Source: Acidimicrobiia bacterium
GTDB taxonomy: Bacteria; Actinomycetota; Acidimicrobiia; Spongiisociales; ZC4RG35
Assembly: GCA_046565785.1 (NCBI GenBank)
Contig: JBKHXZ010000200.1
Span: 1 to 43,311, forward strand
Direction of reading: 5' to 3'
Length of the DNA: 43,311 nt
Shown here: positions 27,270 through 35,592 of the stretch, piece by piece
How positions within the stretch are numbered: position 1 is the first letter of the stretch
Layout of the letters: the number at the start of each line of letters is the position of its first letter
Made by a program: the position numbers and the translations under genes
Notes under the pieces: model-generated
What the model was told of the DNA's origin: nothing
Databases searched by the model: none
The model's input: only the letters and a program-made list of their open reading frames with translations

Positions 27270-28426
27270 CCACACGCCAACCTATTCCTCGCGGCTTCTG
27301 GCCGGTGTGGACCGCGGTCGCGGTCGACCTGCTCGGTTTTGGGATCATCATCCCGCTGCTCCCCTTGTACGCCGAACGGTTCGGAGCGAGCCCGTTCACC
27401 ATCGGACTTCTGTTCGCCAGCTACTCGCTGGCTCAGTTCGTGTTCTCGCCGATCTGGGGGAGGATTTCGGATCGGGTGGGTCGGCGACCCATCTTGTTGG
27501 TGACGATCACCGGGTCGGCGATCGGAAGCCTGATCCTGGGTCTGGCTGGGTCGCTTCCGCTCCTGTTCCTCGGTCGGATCCTCGACGGTGCCTCCGGTGC
27601 CAGCGTGGCCGTGGCGCGGGCCACTGTCTCGGACGTGGCGACCGCCGACCAGCGCGCCCGGCTCATGGGACTGTTGGGAGCCGCGTTCGGTCTCGGGTTC
27701 GTCGTCGGCCCCTCGCTCGGTGCCTTGGCTTCGCTCGGTTCTCCGTCGCTGCCGTTCTTCGTGGCGGCCGGGATCTCGGTGCTCAACTTGGTGGCAGGGT
27801 TCGTCCGCATCCCCGAAACGCTCCGCGAACCTGCCATGCCGGCCACCGGCGGCGGCATCCGTTCACTGCCCAACCCGGTACTCCGCATCGTCCTGCTGAC
27901 GTTCGTCGGTATCACCGCCTTCAGCGCCTTCGAGGACACCTTCTCCCTCTTGGGGAGTGCTCGGCTGGCGATGACCGAGCCGACGGTCGCGCTGGTCTTC
28001 GCCGGGGTGGGCCTGGTTCTCGTCGTCACGCAGGGCGCCATGGTCGGTCCCATCAACAAGACGCTCGGCGAGGCGGCCACGATTCGGCTGGGCCTCGTAC
28101 TGAACATCGTCGGCTTCGGGCTGCTGTCGGTCGCCGACCGGTGGGCCTTCCTGGTTCCGGGCCTCGTCCTGCTCGCCGTCGGTCAGGGTCTGTTGACCCC
28201 GACGTTGTCTTCGGCGGTTGCTGGACTGGCCCCCGAACGGGCGGGCGCGGCTCTGGGCGTGCAACAGTCTGCCGGAGGTCTCGCTCGTGTCGCCGGGCCG
28301 GCACTCGGTGGTGCGCTCTTCGCCTGGGCGATCCCCCTGCCGTATGTGGTGGCGGCCGGACTCACCCTGGCGGCACTTCCGATCGTTCCCACCGTCCGCC
28401 AACCGGTACACGAAGTCTCCGGATAG
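27266..28426 (+). CDS. MFS transporter (DHA1/Tet-like efflux family)
   Basis: ATG at 27266 overlaps the hemY stop (ATGA). About 12 TM segments. MFS motif A: GRISDRVGRRPILL. Confidence 0.85.
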   Translation: MTTRQPIPRGFWPVWTAVAVDLLGFGIIIPLLPLYAERFGASPFTIGLLFASYSLAQFVFSPIWGRISDRVGRRPILLVTITGSAIGSLILGLAGSLPLLFLGRILDGASGASVAVARATVSDVATADQRARLMGLLGAAFGLGFVVGPSLGALASLGSPSLPFFVAAGISVLNLVAGFVRIPETLREPAMPATGGGIRSLPNPVLRIVLLTFVGITAFSAFEDTFSLLGSARLAMTEPTVALVFAGVGLVLVVTQGAMVGPINKTLGEAATIRLGLVLNIVGFGLLSVADRWAFLVPGLVLLAVGQGLLTPTLSSAVAGLAPERAGAALGVQQSAGGLARVAGPALGGALFAWAIPLPYVVAAGLTLAALPIVPTVRQPVHEVSG

Positions 28427-28458
28427 GTTGGGTACCAGGCGACCGAAGGGGGGCGGCC

Positions 28459-28613
28459 ATGGCCGACTCGTACGACGCCCAGCCGACCTGGGACTTTTCC
28501 GATCTGCGGGCGATGTTCATCAACTGCATCCTGAAACCGTCTCCGCAGCTTTCCCACAGGGGTTGATGGACATCTCGATGGAGATGATGCGGCGGCACGG
28601 AGCTGACCGCATT
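28459..28613 (+). pseudogene. Frameshifted and 3'-truncated remnant of a flavodoxin-like NAD(P)H-dependent FMN reductase gene
   Basis: Frame 1 gives MADSYDAQPTWDFSDLRAMFINCILKPSPQLSHRG*. A shifted frame continues QGLMDISMEMMRRHGA. Together these resemble the N-terminus of actinobacterial FMN reductases. The rest of the gene is absent because the TetR gene 3' end starts at 28614. Confidence 0.5.
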
Positions 28614-29168
28614 TCATCGACTGATGCCCCGTCGGATCATGCCGACCATCCAGTCGAAACTGGCGTCGAGATCGACGTCCAGCCCGAAACCGTCGCCGGC
28701 TTCGAGCACGGCGAACCCGTGCAGGGCGGAGCGCAACGAACGGACCGCATGGATGAGTTCCTCGCCCTCGTAGCCCATTCCGGAGAGCACCGCCGTCACC
28801 GATCCGAGCACCCGTCCGGCCGCTTCCTCGTACTCCGCGTCACCGGGCCGGGCGATCTGAGTGAGGGGATAGATCCCCGGATGCCGGCGGGCGAAGCCCC
28901 GATAGGCGACGGCGAGATGCCGGATCGCCTCCTCCCCCGACCGACCCATCACCGCACTTCGACACGTTTCTCCGAGCTCGGCGATCCCTGCCAGGGCCAC
29001 TGCCCGTTCCAGACCTTCGAGTCCTTCGACGTGGTTGTAGAGGGACGGCGAACGGACCCCGAGCGTCTCTGCAATCCGGGCGAGCGTGAGCGCCTGCAGT
29101 CCTTCCCGGTCGACGAGCTCGGTCGCCGCACGCACGACCACGTCCGGGGTGAGTCCAGCGCGGGGCAT
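28614..29168 (-). CDS. TetR family transcriptional regulator
   Basis: Start MPRAGLTPD at 29168, 1-nt overlap with the upstream stop. HTH block LTLARIAETLGVRSPSLYNHV. Confidence 0.85.
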   Translation of the reverse strand: MPRAGLTPDVVVRAATELVDREGLQALTLARIAETLGVRSPSLYNHVEGLEGLERAVALAGIAELGETCRSAVMGRSGEEAIRHLAVAYRGFARRHPGIYPLTQIARPGDAEYEEAAGRVLGSVTAVLSGMGYEGEELIHAVRSLRSALHGFAVLEAGDGFGLDVDLDASFDWMVGMIRRGISR

Positions 29169-29941
29169 CAGCGGTCGAGGAAGGATCGGATGGCGTCGGC
29201 GACGACCTGCGGTTGTTCGACATGCGGGTAGTGACCGGCCCCTTTCACCACCAGATGTTCCCCGCCTAGACGCCCGGCCACCTCCGCCGCTTCGGCGACC
29301 GGATCGGCAAAGTGGTCGTCGGCGGATCCGAACACGGTCAGGGTGGGGACGGCGAGCCGTTCCATCTGCGCGGCTACTCCGTCGCGTGCGGCGGTGAGGG
29401 TGTCCCGGACCGCCTTGCGGCGGGCTGGGTCGGCGAGCATCACCCGCATGCGTTCGATCTCGGTCTCCAGGTCGGACGGCGGGTTGGTCTTGTACCAGGC
29501 GGCGTACAACTTGGCCCACAGCCCGCCCGCCCAGGGCCCCCGAAGCATCCCTCGGATGGCCAGGTTCATCATGCGGCCTTTCGTCGATTCGTCGGCGTCG
29601 AAGTGCGGACTGAGCGCCACGATCCCGGCGATGAGTTCAGGGCGTATGGTTGCCGCCCAAACCGCCGCGGTGGGGGCGAACGAGCACGCCACGACCACGG
29701 CAGGACCGGCGTCGAGGATGTCCACCAGATCCACCAACGCCCGCCCGGTCGACTCGACCGTGTATTCGGATGCCAACGGTGAGTCACCATGGCCGGGAAG
29801 GTCGGCGGTCACGATCCGGTAGCCGTCCGCAGCAAGGGTTGCCGCAAGGAATCGGTATTCCGAACGGACGTCGCCCGCCCCGGGCAGAAGAACCAGAAGC
29901 GGACCGGAACCCCCGGTGTCGTCGAAAGCAAGTGTGGTCAT
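29168..29941 (-). CDS. Alpha/beta hydrolase
   Basis: Start MTTLAFDDTG at 29941 with an AGAGG RBS. Motifs LLPGAGDVRSEY and LPGHGDS. Co-transcribed with the TetR gene. Confidence 0.8.
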   Translation of the reverse strand: MTTLAFDDTGGSGPLLVLLPGAGDVRSEYRFLAATLAADGYRIVTADLPGHGDSPLASEYTVESTGRALVDLVDILDAGPAVVVACSFAPTAAVWAATIRPELIAGIVALSPHFDADESTKGRMMNLAIRGMLRGPWAGGLWAKLYAAWYKTNPPSDLETEIERMRVMLADPARRKAVRDTLTAARDGVAAQMERLAVPTLTVFGSADDHFADPVAEAAEVAGRLGGEHLVVKGAGHYPHVEQPQVVADAIRSFLDR

Positions 29942-29968
29942 ACGAACCTCTAGGCTAGTCATGTTCAT

Positions 29969-29997
29969 AATATAACTAATACTCTTAGTTGTGTCAA
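29969..29997 (-). promoter_or_regulatory. Near-consensus sigma70-type promoter (TTGACA-17 nt-TATATT) with a 6-5-6 palindrome in the spacer; probable TetR operator
   Basis: On the minus strand: TTGACA (29997-29992), TATATT (29974-29969). Inverted repeat AACTAA-TACTC-TTAGTT at 29974-29990. It is an AT-rich island in otherwise GC-rich DNA, about 28 nt upstream of the hydrolase ATG. Confidence 0.55.
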
Positions 29998-30064
29998 GTG
30001 GGGACAAAAGACCCTGGTTCCAACCGGGTTACGAGAACAACCTGGGACGGGAGGAGGTGCTCAC

Positions 30065-30595
30065 GTGTCGCAATACGGATACCGATTCGGATCGGTATGG
30101 CGTCCGCCGCGTACGGTGGCGTGGCTCGCCGGCCTGCTTCCCACCCTCGGCATCGTGGCAATGCAAGGAGGGATCGCCCTGCTCCTCGACCCGGACGAAC
30201 CGATGGGCATGTCCGCAGACCTCCTCCGCCGCACCCCGATCGACAGCTATCTCCTCCCCGGGATCTTCTTGGTTTCGATCTCACTGGCCTCGCTCACCAC
30301 CACCGTCGGGATCATCTTCGGCTGGCGCTGGCAGTGGGCAGAAGGCATCGAGCGCCGCCTCGGTAAACGATGGCCGTGGGTGGGATCGGTCAGCGTCGCA
30401 GTGGTGCTGCTGGTCTTCGAACTGGTCGAGGTGTACCTCTTCCCGTTTCATCCGGTCCTGCACCCGTTGCTGATCGCGTGGACGGTGGCGATCCTGGCAC
30501 TGGCCTACTCCCAACCGACCCAGGACCACTTCTGGACACCCCCCGTTCCCGGCAAGGTCGGGCCGGCACGAGAGCACCTGCACGACCGTCGCTGA
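30065..30595 (+). CDS. Hypothetical membrane protein (about 4 TM)
   Basis: GTG start preceded by GGGAGGAGG. Hydrophobic segments are present. No family recognised. Confidence 0.55.
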   Translation: MSQYGYRFGSVWRPPRTVAWLAGLLPTLGIVAMQGGIALLLDPDEPMGMSADLLRRTPIDSYLLPGIFLVSISLASLTTTVGIIFGWRWQWAEGIERRLGKRWPWVGSVSVAVVLLVFELVEVYLFPFHPVLHPLLIAWTVAILALAYSQPTQDHFWTPPVPGKVGPAREHLHDRR

Positions 30596-30616
30596 CCCCG
30601 GCTACGTTCCGGGTGC

Positions 30617-31444
30617 ATGCGCCTCGACCTGTCCCTCAGCCCGTTCGGAGCCCAGCTCGCCGACCTGGTCGAAGCCGCCCGCCGTGCCGAGGCCGCCGGA
30701 TTCGACGGCATCTGGACCTACGACCATCTATCAGGATCGGTGGCGGGAGCGACGCACAGTCACGACCCGTGGGTGGTCTTGACCGCCATTGCCTCGGCAA
30801 CCGACCGCATCCACCTCGGCCCTCTCGTGCTCAACGCCACCGCCCGCCATCCCGCCCACATCGCCGTCGCCGCGGCGTCCCTGCAGGAATATTCGGGCGG
30901 ACGCTTCATGCTCGGGATCGGCGCCGGTGGCGGCACCGACCACTACGGAGCCGAACTCGGCATGGTCGGACTTCCCCGACGTCCCTCTCCGGAACGCCGA
31001 CATCGAACGGCGGAGGCGGTGCGCATGATCCGAGCGCTGTGGACCGGCACCGGACACCTCGACGGAGAGTTCCATCCGATCACCGACGCCACCGGGTTTC
31101 TCCGCCCCGATCACCCGCCGCCGATCGTTGTCGGGGTGACCGGGCCGAAGATGGCGGCGGTCGCCGGCGAAGTGGCCGACGCGGTCGCAGTCCACGCCTG
31201 GGAAAACCCTGCCGCCCTGGCCGCCGCCGCTCGACACGCTGCGGCTGATCCTCGGTTCCCGGTGTGGGTCGAGGCCCGGCCCACCCCCGAATGGCTCCAC
31301 GGATCGGGACGGCAGACCCTGGAAGACATCCGGGCAGAGCGGGTCAGCTATCTGTGGAACGTGCGGGCCGGGTTCGAGGCGATCGACGCCATCGCTGCAG
31401 CCTTGGAACTCCGGCCACCGAACCGCGGCGACCTGTCAGACTGA
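30617..31444 (+). CDS. Luciferase-like monooxygenase (LLM) family oxidoreductase, probably F420-dependent
   Basis: GFDGIWTYDHL, LGPLVLNATARHPAHIAVAAASLQEYSGGRFMLGIGAGG: typical LLM-class blocks. Confidence 0.8.
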   Translation: MRLDLSLSPFGAQLADLVEAARRAEAAGFDGIWTYDHLSGSVAGATHSHDPWVVLTAIASATDRIHLGPLVLNATARHPAHIAVAAASLQEYSGGRFMLGIGAGGGTDHYGAELGMVGLPRRPSPERRHRTAEAVRMIRALWTGTGHLDGEFHPITDATGFLRPDHPPPIVVGVTGPKMAAVAGEVADAVAVHAWENPAALAAAARHAAADPRFPVWVEARPTPEWLHGSGRQTLEDIRAERVSYLWNVRAGFEAIDAIAAALELRPPNRGDLSD

Positions 31445-31449
31445 CCCGT

Positions 31450-32673
31450 ATGACGACCGCAACCGACCGCTACTCCTTCGTTCCCGGTGCCGCTTCGGTG
31501 CCCACCATCGTCGGTGGAACCGGCAGCTGGCTACACACCGCCGACGGTGGCCGCATCCTCGACGCCGCCGGCGGAGCCATCGTCGGCAACATCGGATGGG
31601 GCCGGGACGAGGTACGCGATGCCGTCGCCGCCGGCATGGACCACGCCGCCTACTCGATCCCGCTGTGGCCCACCCCGCATCGGATGGCGCTCCTCGACGA
31701 GATGATCGAACACTGGTTGCCGGACGGTTTCGACCGGGTCTTCCTCACCAGCGGCGGAAGCGAGAGCACCGACTCGGCACTCAGGCTGGCACGCGCCTAT
31801 CAGGTGGCCAACGGACGTCCCGAACGGTGGAAGATCGTGGGCCGGCATCCCAGCTACCACGGGATGACCCTCGCCACGATGGCCGCCGCCAGCCACACCG
31901 GACGACAGAAGGGGTTCGAACCGATGCTCCTCACCTTTCCCAAGGTGGCGTGGGACGATCCGGCCGATGTCGTGGCGGTGATCGAACGAGAAGACCCGGA
32001 CACGATCGCCGGATTCATCGCCGAACCCATGACCGGTGCGGCCGGGGCCTGCCTGACGGCCGACGACGAGTACTGGCGGACGGTGACCGAGATCTGCAAG
32101 GCCCACGACATCCTGCTGATCGCCGACGAGGTGATGACCGGCTACGGACGAACCGGACTCACCTGGGGGCATCAGCACTTTCCCTTCGAACCCGACGTCG
32201 TGGTGGGAGGTAAAGGCCTCGGAGGGGGATACGTCCCCATCGGTGCGGTCGCCACCCGCAGCGATATCGCCGAGGTCCTCCGTCACGCCGGGTTCATGTT
32301 CTTCACTTTCACCGGCAACGACACCGCCTCGATCGCGGCGCTCGAAGTGCTTCGTATCATGCGACGGGAATCGTTGGTTGACCGGTCGGCACAGATGGGC
32401 AAGGTGCTGGGCGACAAGCTGCACGGTGCCTTCGATGCCCACCCCGCAGTGGTCGAGGTCCGGGGCCGCGGCCTGTTCTACGGAATCGAACTGGCCGTCA
32501 GCAAGGAGCGGGTCGTGGCAGAGGCGCTCGCCCGCGGAGTATGGGTCTATCCGGCCGGGTCGGGACCCGTCTCCGATGCCGTAATCATCGCCCCGCCGTT
32601 CGTCGTCACCGACTCGGAGATCGACCGCATCGTCGAGGAGGTCGGCGAAGCGATTTCGGCCGTCTCCAGCTGA
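31450..32673 (+). CDS. Class III (omega) aminotransferase
   Basis: Start MTTATDRY at 31450. Motifs SGGSESTDSALRLAR and LIADEVMTGYGRTG. The ORF extension 31264-31449 overlaps the LLM gene. Confidence 0.85.
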   Translation: MTTATDRYSFVPGAASVPTIVGGTGSWLHTADGGRILDAAGGAIVGNIGWGRDEVRDAVAAGMDHAAYSIPLWPTPHRMALLDEMIEHWLPDGFDRVFLTSGGSESTDSALRLARAYQVANGRPERWKIVGRHPSYHGMTLATMAAASHTGRQKGFEPMLLTFPKVAWDDPADVVAVIEREDPDTIAGFIAEPMTGAAGACLTADDEYWRTVTEICKAHDILLIADEVMTGYGRTGLTWGHQHFPFEPDVVVGGKGLGGGYVPIGAVATRSDIAEVLRHAGFMFFTFTGNDTASIAALEVLRIMRRESLVDRSAQMGKVLGDKLHGAFDAHPAVVEVRGRGLFYGIELAVSKERVVAEALARGVWVYPAGSGPVSDAVIIAPPFVVTDSEIDRIVEEVGEAISAVSS

Positions 32674-32675
32674 AC

Positions 32676-32707
32676 GGGGGAACCGGTCTGGGCAGGCCGG
32701 CTCCCCC
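32676..32707. terminator. Imperfect hairpin between convergent genes
   Basis: GGGGGAACCGG (32676-32686), 10-nt loop, CCGGCTCCCCC (32697-32707), one mismatch. No clear U-tract. Confidence 0.35.
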
Positions 32708-32721
32708 GCTATTGCACTTCG

Positions 32722-33810
32722 TCAGCCGGCGTCGACCGCCGCCGCGGCTGCGGCAACGATCTCGACGTATTCGTCCAGCCCCCACGTCAACGAGAGGGCA
32801 GTGGGAGGAGACACCGATGCGATGAACTCCTGGCCGACGACGGCAGCCACCCCACCGGACGCCACCTGCGGCATGAGGGCGGCCGCGTCCGAAGCGAGGA
32901 ACTCGTCGATACCTGCCTGGGTGTCGGCGTACACCACAAGGACATCACTGGTGAGCTGGTCGAGCTGTTCGAGGCTGAGGGTGAAGTAGAAGGTCTCTCC
33001 TCCTTCGCCCAGCTGGGTGACGCTCGCCGCCGACTCGAAGCCCAGGTCTTCGATGAACTGCACCCGGGGATCGGCTGGCTTGTAGACGTAGAACGTGTCC
33101 GGGGTGGGCCATACGACCGCCACGGTCTTTCCAGCGATCTCGGGATGGGCCGCACCCGCGGCCGCTACCCGGGCATCGATGTCAGCCAGCAAGGCCTCGG
33201 CTTCGGCGGTCTTGCCGACTGCAGTGGCGACGATACGGATAGTCTCTCGCCACGGTGTTGCCCACGGCTGCTCCGGATAGGCGACCGTCGGAGCGATCTC
33301 GGACAACAAGGCGTAATCCTGCTCGGTGATGCCGGAATACGGGGCGAGGATCAGGTCCGGCGCAGCTGCCGCGATCGCCTCGAACGGAGGCTCGGCGCTG
33401 TCAGGGAGCACGGTGGGAATCTCGTGGCCTCCTTGTTCCAACGCCTCCCGAATCCACGGCAGGACGCCGTCGGCATCCCCTCCATAGGCCTGGAACGGAA
33501 TGGCGACCGGGATCACATCCAGGGCTACGAGCGCGTCGGCTGTCGCCCATCCCCACGCCACCACCCGGGTGGGGGGAGCGTCGATGGTGGTCTCGCCGAA
33601 CGCATGGGGGACCGTCACCGGAAAGGCACCGTCGACTGGCTCGGTCGTGTCAGGGACCTGCGTGGTTGGAGGCGCTTCGGTGGTAGTCGTGGACGGAGCC
33701 GTCGTGGTCGTGCTCTGTTCGGCGGCACCTTCGCCTCCGCCACATGCCGCCACCACCAGGGCAGCGGCGACCACCGGGAAAATCCGACGGAATCTCTGCT
33801 TGTTTCTCAT
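32722..33810 (-). CDS. Iron-siderophore ABC transporter substrate-binding lipoprotein
   Basis: Start MRNKQRF at 33810 with a GAGGAGAG RBS. Lipobox VVAAC and a Thr/Pro-rich linker. FhuD/FepB-like periplasmic binding fold blocks. Confidence 0.85.
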   Translation of the reverse strand: MRNKQRFRRIFPVVAAALVVAACGGGEGAAEQSTTTTAPSTTTTEAPPTTQVPDTTEPVDGAFPVTVPHAFGETTIDAPPTRVVAWGWATADALVALDVIPVAIPFQAYGGDADGVLPWIREALEQGGHEIPTVLPDSAEPPFEAIAAAAPDLILAPYSGITEQDYALLSEIAPTVAYPEQPWATPWRETIRIVATAVGKTAEAEALLADIDARVAAAGAAHPEIAGKTVAVVWPTPDTFYVYKPADPRVQFIEDLGFESAASVTQLGEGGETFYFTLSLEQLDQLTSDVLVVYADTQAGIDEFLASDAAALMPQVASGGVAAVVGQEFIASVSPPTALSLTWGLDEYVEIVAAAAAAVDAG

Positions 33811-33823
33811 GTTCTCTCCTCTT

Positions 33824-34804
33824 TCATCGATCAGCCGGCCGGCTGGCACGCCAGTAGCCGGTCATCTGTACGTGGGTCCGCTCCATCCCCACCTGGCGAC
33901 GCAGGTACGAGCGGACCCGGGTGATCTGGCGGGATTCGGCTCCACCGAAGGCGTAGGTCCGGATCGGGTCGAACTCGAGCCGCGCCACCCGGTCGACCAG
34001 TTCGCCGTCTGTGCGGGGGATCCACTCGATCGAGTCGTCCTCGCCGATCTCCAGGTCCACCCGGTCGGCGAAGTCGTCGACCTGGACGAACACCGAGGCA
34101 CGCTGGTCGGCGTCCCGCTGTTCGAGGATGGCCGCCACCGCCGGGAGGCCCGTTTCGTCTGCCACCAACAGCAGATGATCGATCCCGGCCGGGGGCCGAT
34201 ACGACCGGCGCGGACCCCACAGGTTCGCCCGGGATCCGACCTGTGCCTGCATCGCCCACTCCGCCACGGTGGCCGGGTGGTCGTGACGAAGGAACCACAC
34301 ATCGATTTCGCCTGGCCGCCAACGTCGGACGGTGTAATAGGCGGACGGCGGGGCGATGATGTCGGGGGTGACCAGCAGGAACTGGTCGGGGCCGAGCGGC
34401 GTGAACGTCTCGACGGCGAAGGTCAACTGGCGAAATCGTCGGTTCACGGCGGTGGCGGCCACCACGGTCCCGCTGACGGTCGGCAATTCGGTGGCTTCGG
34501 CGATCTCCACTTCAACGCTGGTGAGCGGTTCGTCGGGCCCTGCGACAGCCCGGGCCTGGGTGACCAATCCGTACAACGCAGACCGTCGTTCCTCGACACT
34601 GGTTCCGGTGAGCGGAACCACCGCCGTCATCCACCCCGTACGGTCCTTCACCTGCAGACGAAGCCCGTCGAGCGTCACCGCCTCGATCCATGCCGAGGTC
34701 ACCTCCGAAGCCGGAATCAGATGGCGAGCGACGAAGGTGACAGTGTCGGGATGCTGGTCGTTGAGGCGGGCGATGTCCTCATCGAGGAGCGTGTCGGTGC
34801 TCAT
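33824..34804 (-). CDS. DUF2470-like N-terminal domain fused to siderophore-interacting (FAD-binding, ViuB/SIP-type) reductase
   Basis: Start MSTDTLL at 34804, ATGA overlap with the ATPase stop. N-terminal LNDQHPDTVTFVARHL...VTLDGLRLQV resembles DUF2470. C-terminal YYTVRRW, LLVADETGLPAV, GGAESRQITRVRSYLR and GYWRA are SIP blocks. Confidence 0.8.
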   Translation of the reverse strand: MSTDTLLDEDIARLNDQHPDTVTFVARHLIPASEVTSAWIEAVTLDGLRLQVKDRTGWMTAVVPLTGTSVEERRSALYGLVTQARAVAGPDEPLTSVEVEIAEATELPTVSGTVVAATAVNRRFRQLTFAVETFTPLGPDQFLLVTPDIIAPPSAYYTVRRWRPGEIDVWFLRHDHPATVAEWAMQAQVGSRANLWGPRRSYRPPAGIDHLLLVADETGLPAVAAILEQRDADQRASVFVQVDDFADRVDLEIGEDDSIEWIPRTDGELVDRVARLEFDPIRTYAFGGAESRQITRVRSYLRRQVGMERTHVQMTGYWRASRPADR

Positions 34805-35592
34805 ACCTCCCCCAGCCGTCCCGGCACCACCATCGGCGTGGCCGTCACCGGGTCGGGGACGACCACACACTCCACTCCGAAGACGCTCGCCACGAGTTCG
34901 GTGGTGAGTATCTCGGAGGGCGAGCCGGTGGCGACGACGCGACCGCCGGCCATCGCCACCATGTGCTGGGCGTGGCGTGCGGCGAGGTTCAGGTCGTGCA
35001 GGACGACCACCACCGTTCTCCCCCGGTCTCGATTGAGCCGTCGGACCAGGTCGAGCACTTCGATCTGATGTGCCAGGTCGAGGAACGTCGTGGGCTCGTC
35101 GAGGAGCAGCAGATCGGTGTCCTGGGCGAGGGCCATGGCGATCCACACCCGCTGGCGTTGTCCGCCGGACAGTTCGTCGACCCGCCGTTCGGCCAGGTCG
35201 GCGGTTCCGGTGGCCGCCATGGCTCCCTCCACGCTCTCCTGGTCACTGGCCGACCACTGCTGGAGAAACGACTGATGGGGACTGCGCCCCCGCGAGACGA
35301 GGTCGCGCACGGTGATTCCCGCCGGGGCGACCGGGGATTGCGGCAGGAGACCGAGGCGACGGGCCACCTCTTTGGTGGGAAGGGCGTGGATGTCCTGGCC
35401 GTCCAGCACCACATGCCCGCCGTCGGGCCGAAGAACTCGGCCGAGGGACCGTAGCAAGGTGGACTTCCCGCTGGCGTTGGGTCCGACGATTGCCGTCACC
35501 TTCCCGTCGGGAATGTCGAGGTCGAGTTCGTGCAGCACCCGGAACCCGTCGTATCCGAAGGAGAGCCCGGAGGCCGACAGCCGGGGTTTCAC
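34801..35592 (-). CDS. Iron-siderophore ABC transporter ATP-binding protein (FepC/FecE type)
   Basis: GTG start overlapping the permease stop (GTGA). Motifs GPNASGKST, LSGGQRQRV and LLLDEPT. Confidence 0.9.
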   Translation of the reverse strand: MKPRLSASGLSFGYDGFRVLHELDLDIPDGKVTAIVGPNASGKSTLLRSLGRVLRPDGGHVVLDGQDIHALPTKEVARRLGLLPQSPVAPAGITVRDLVSRGRSPHQSFLQQWSASDQESVEGAMAATGTADLAERRVDELSGGQRQRVWIAMALAQDTDLLLLDEPTTFLDLAHQIEVLDLVRRLNRDRGRTVVVVLHDLNLAARHAQHMVAMAGGRVVATGSPSEILTTELVASVFGVECVVVPDPVTATPMVVPGRLGEV

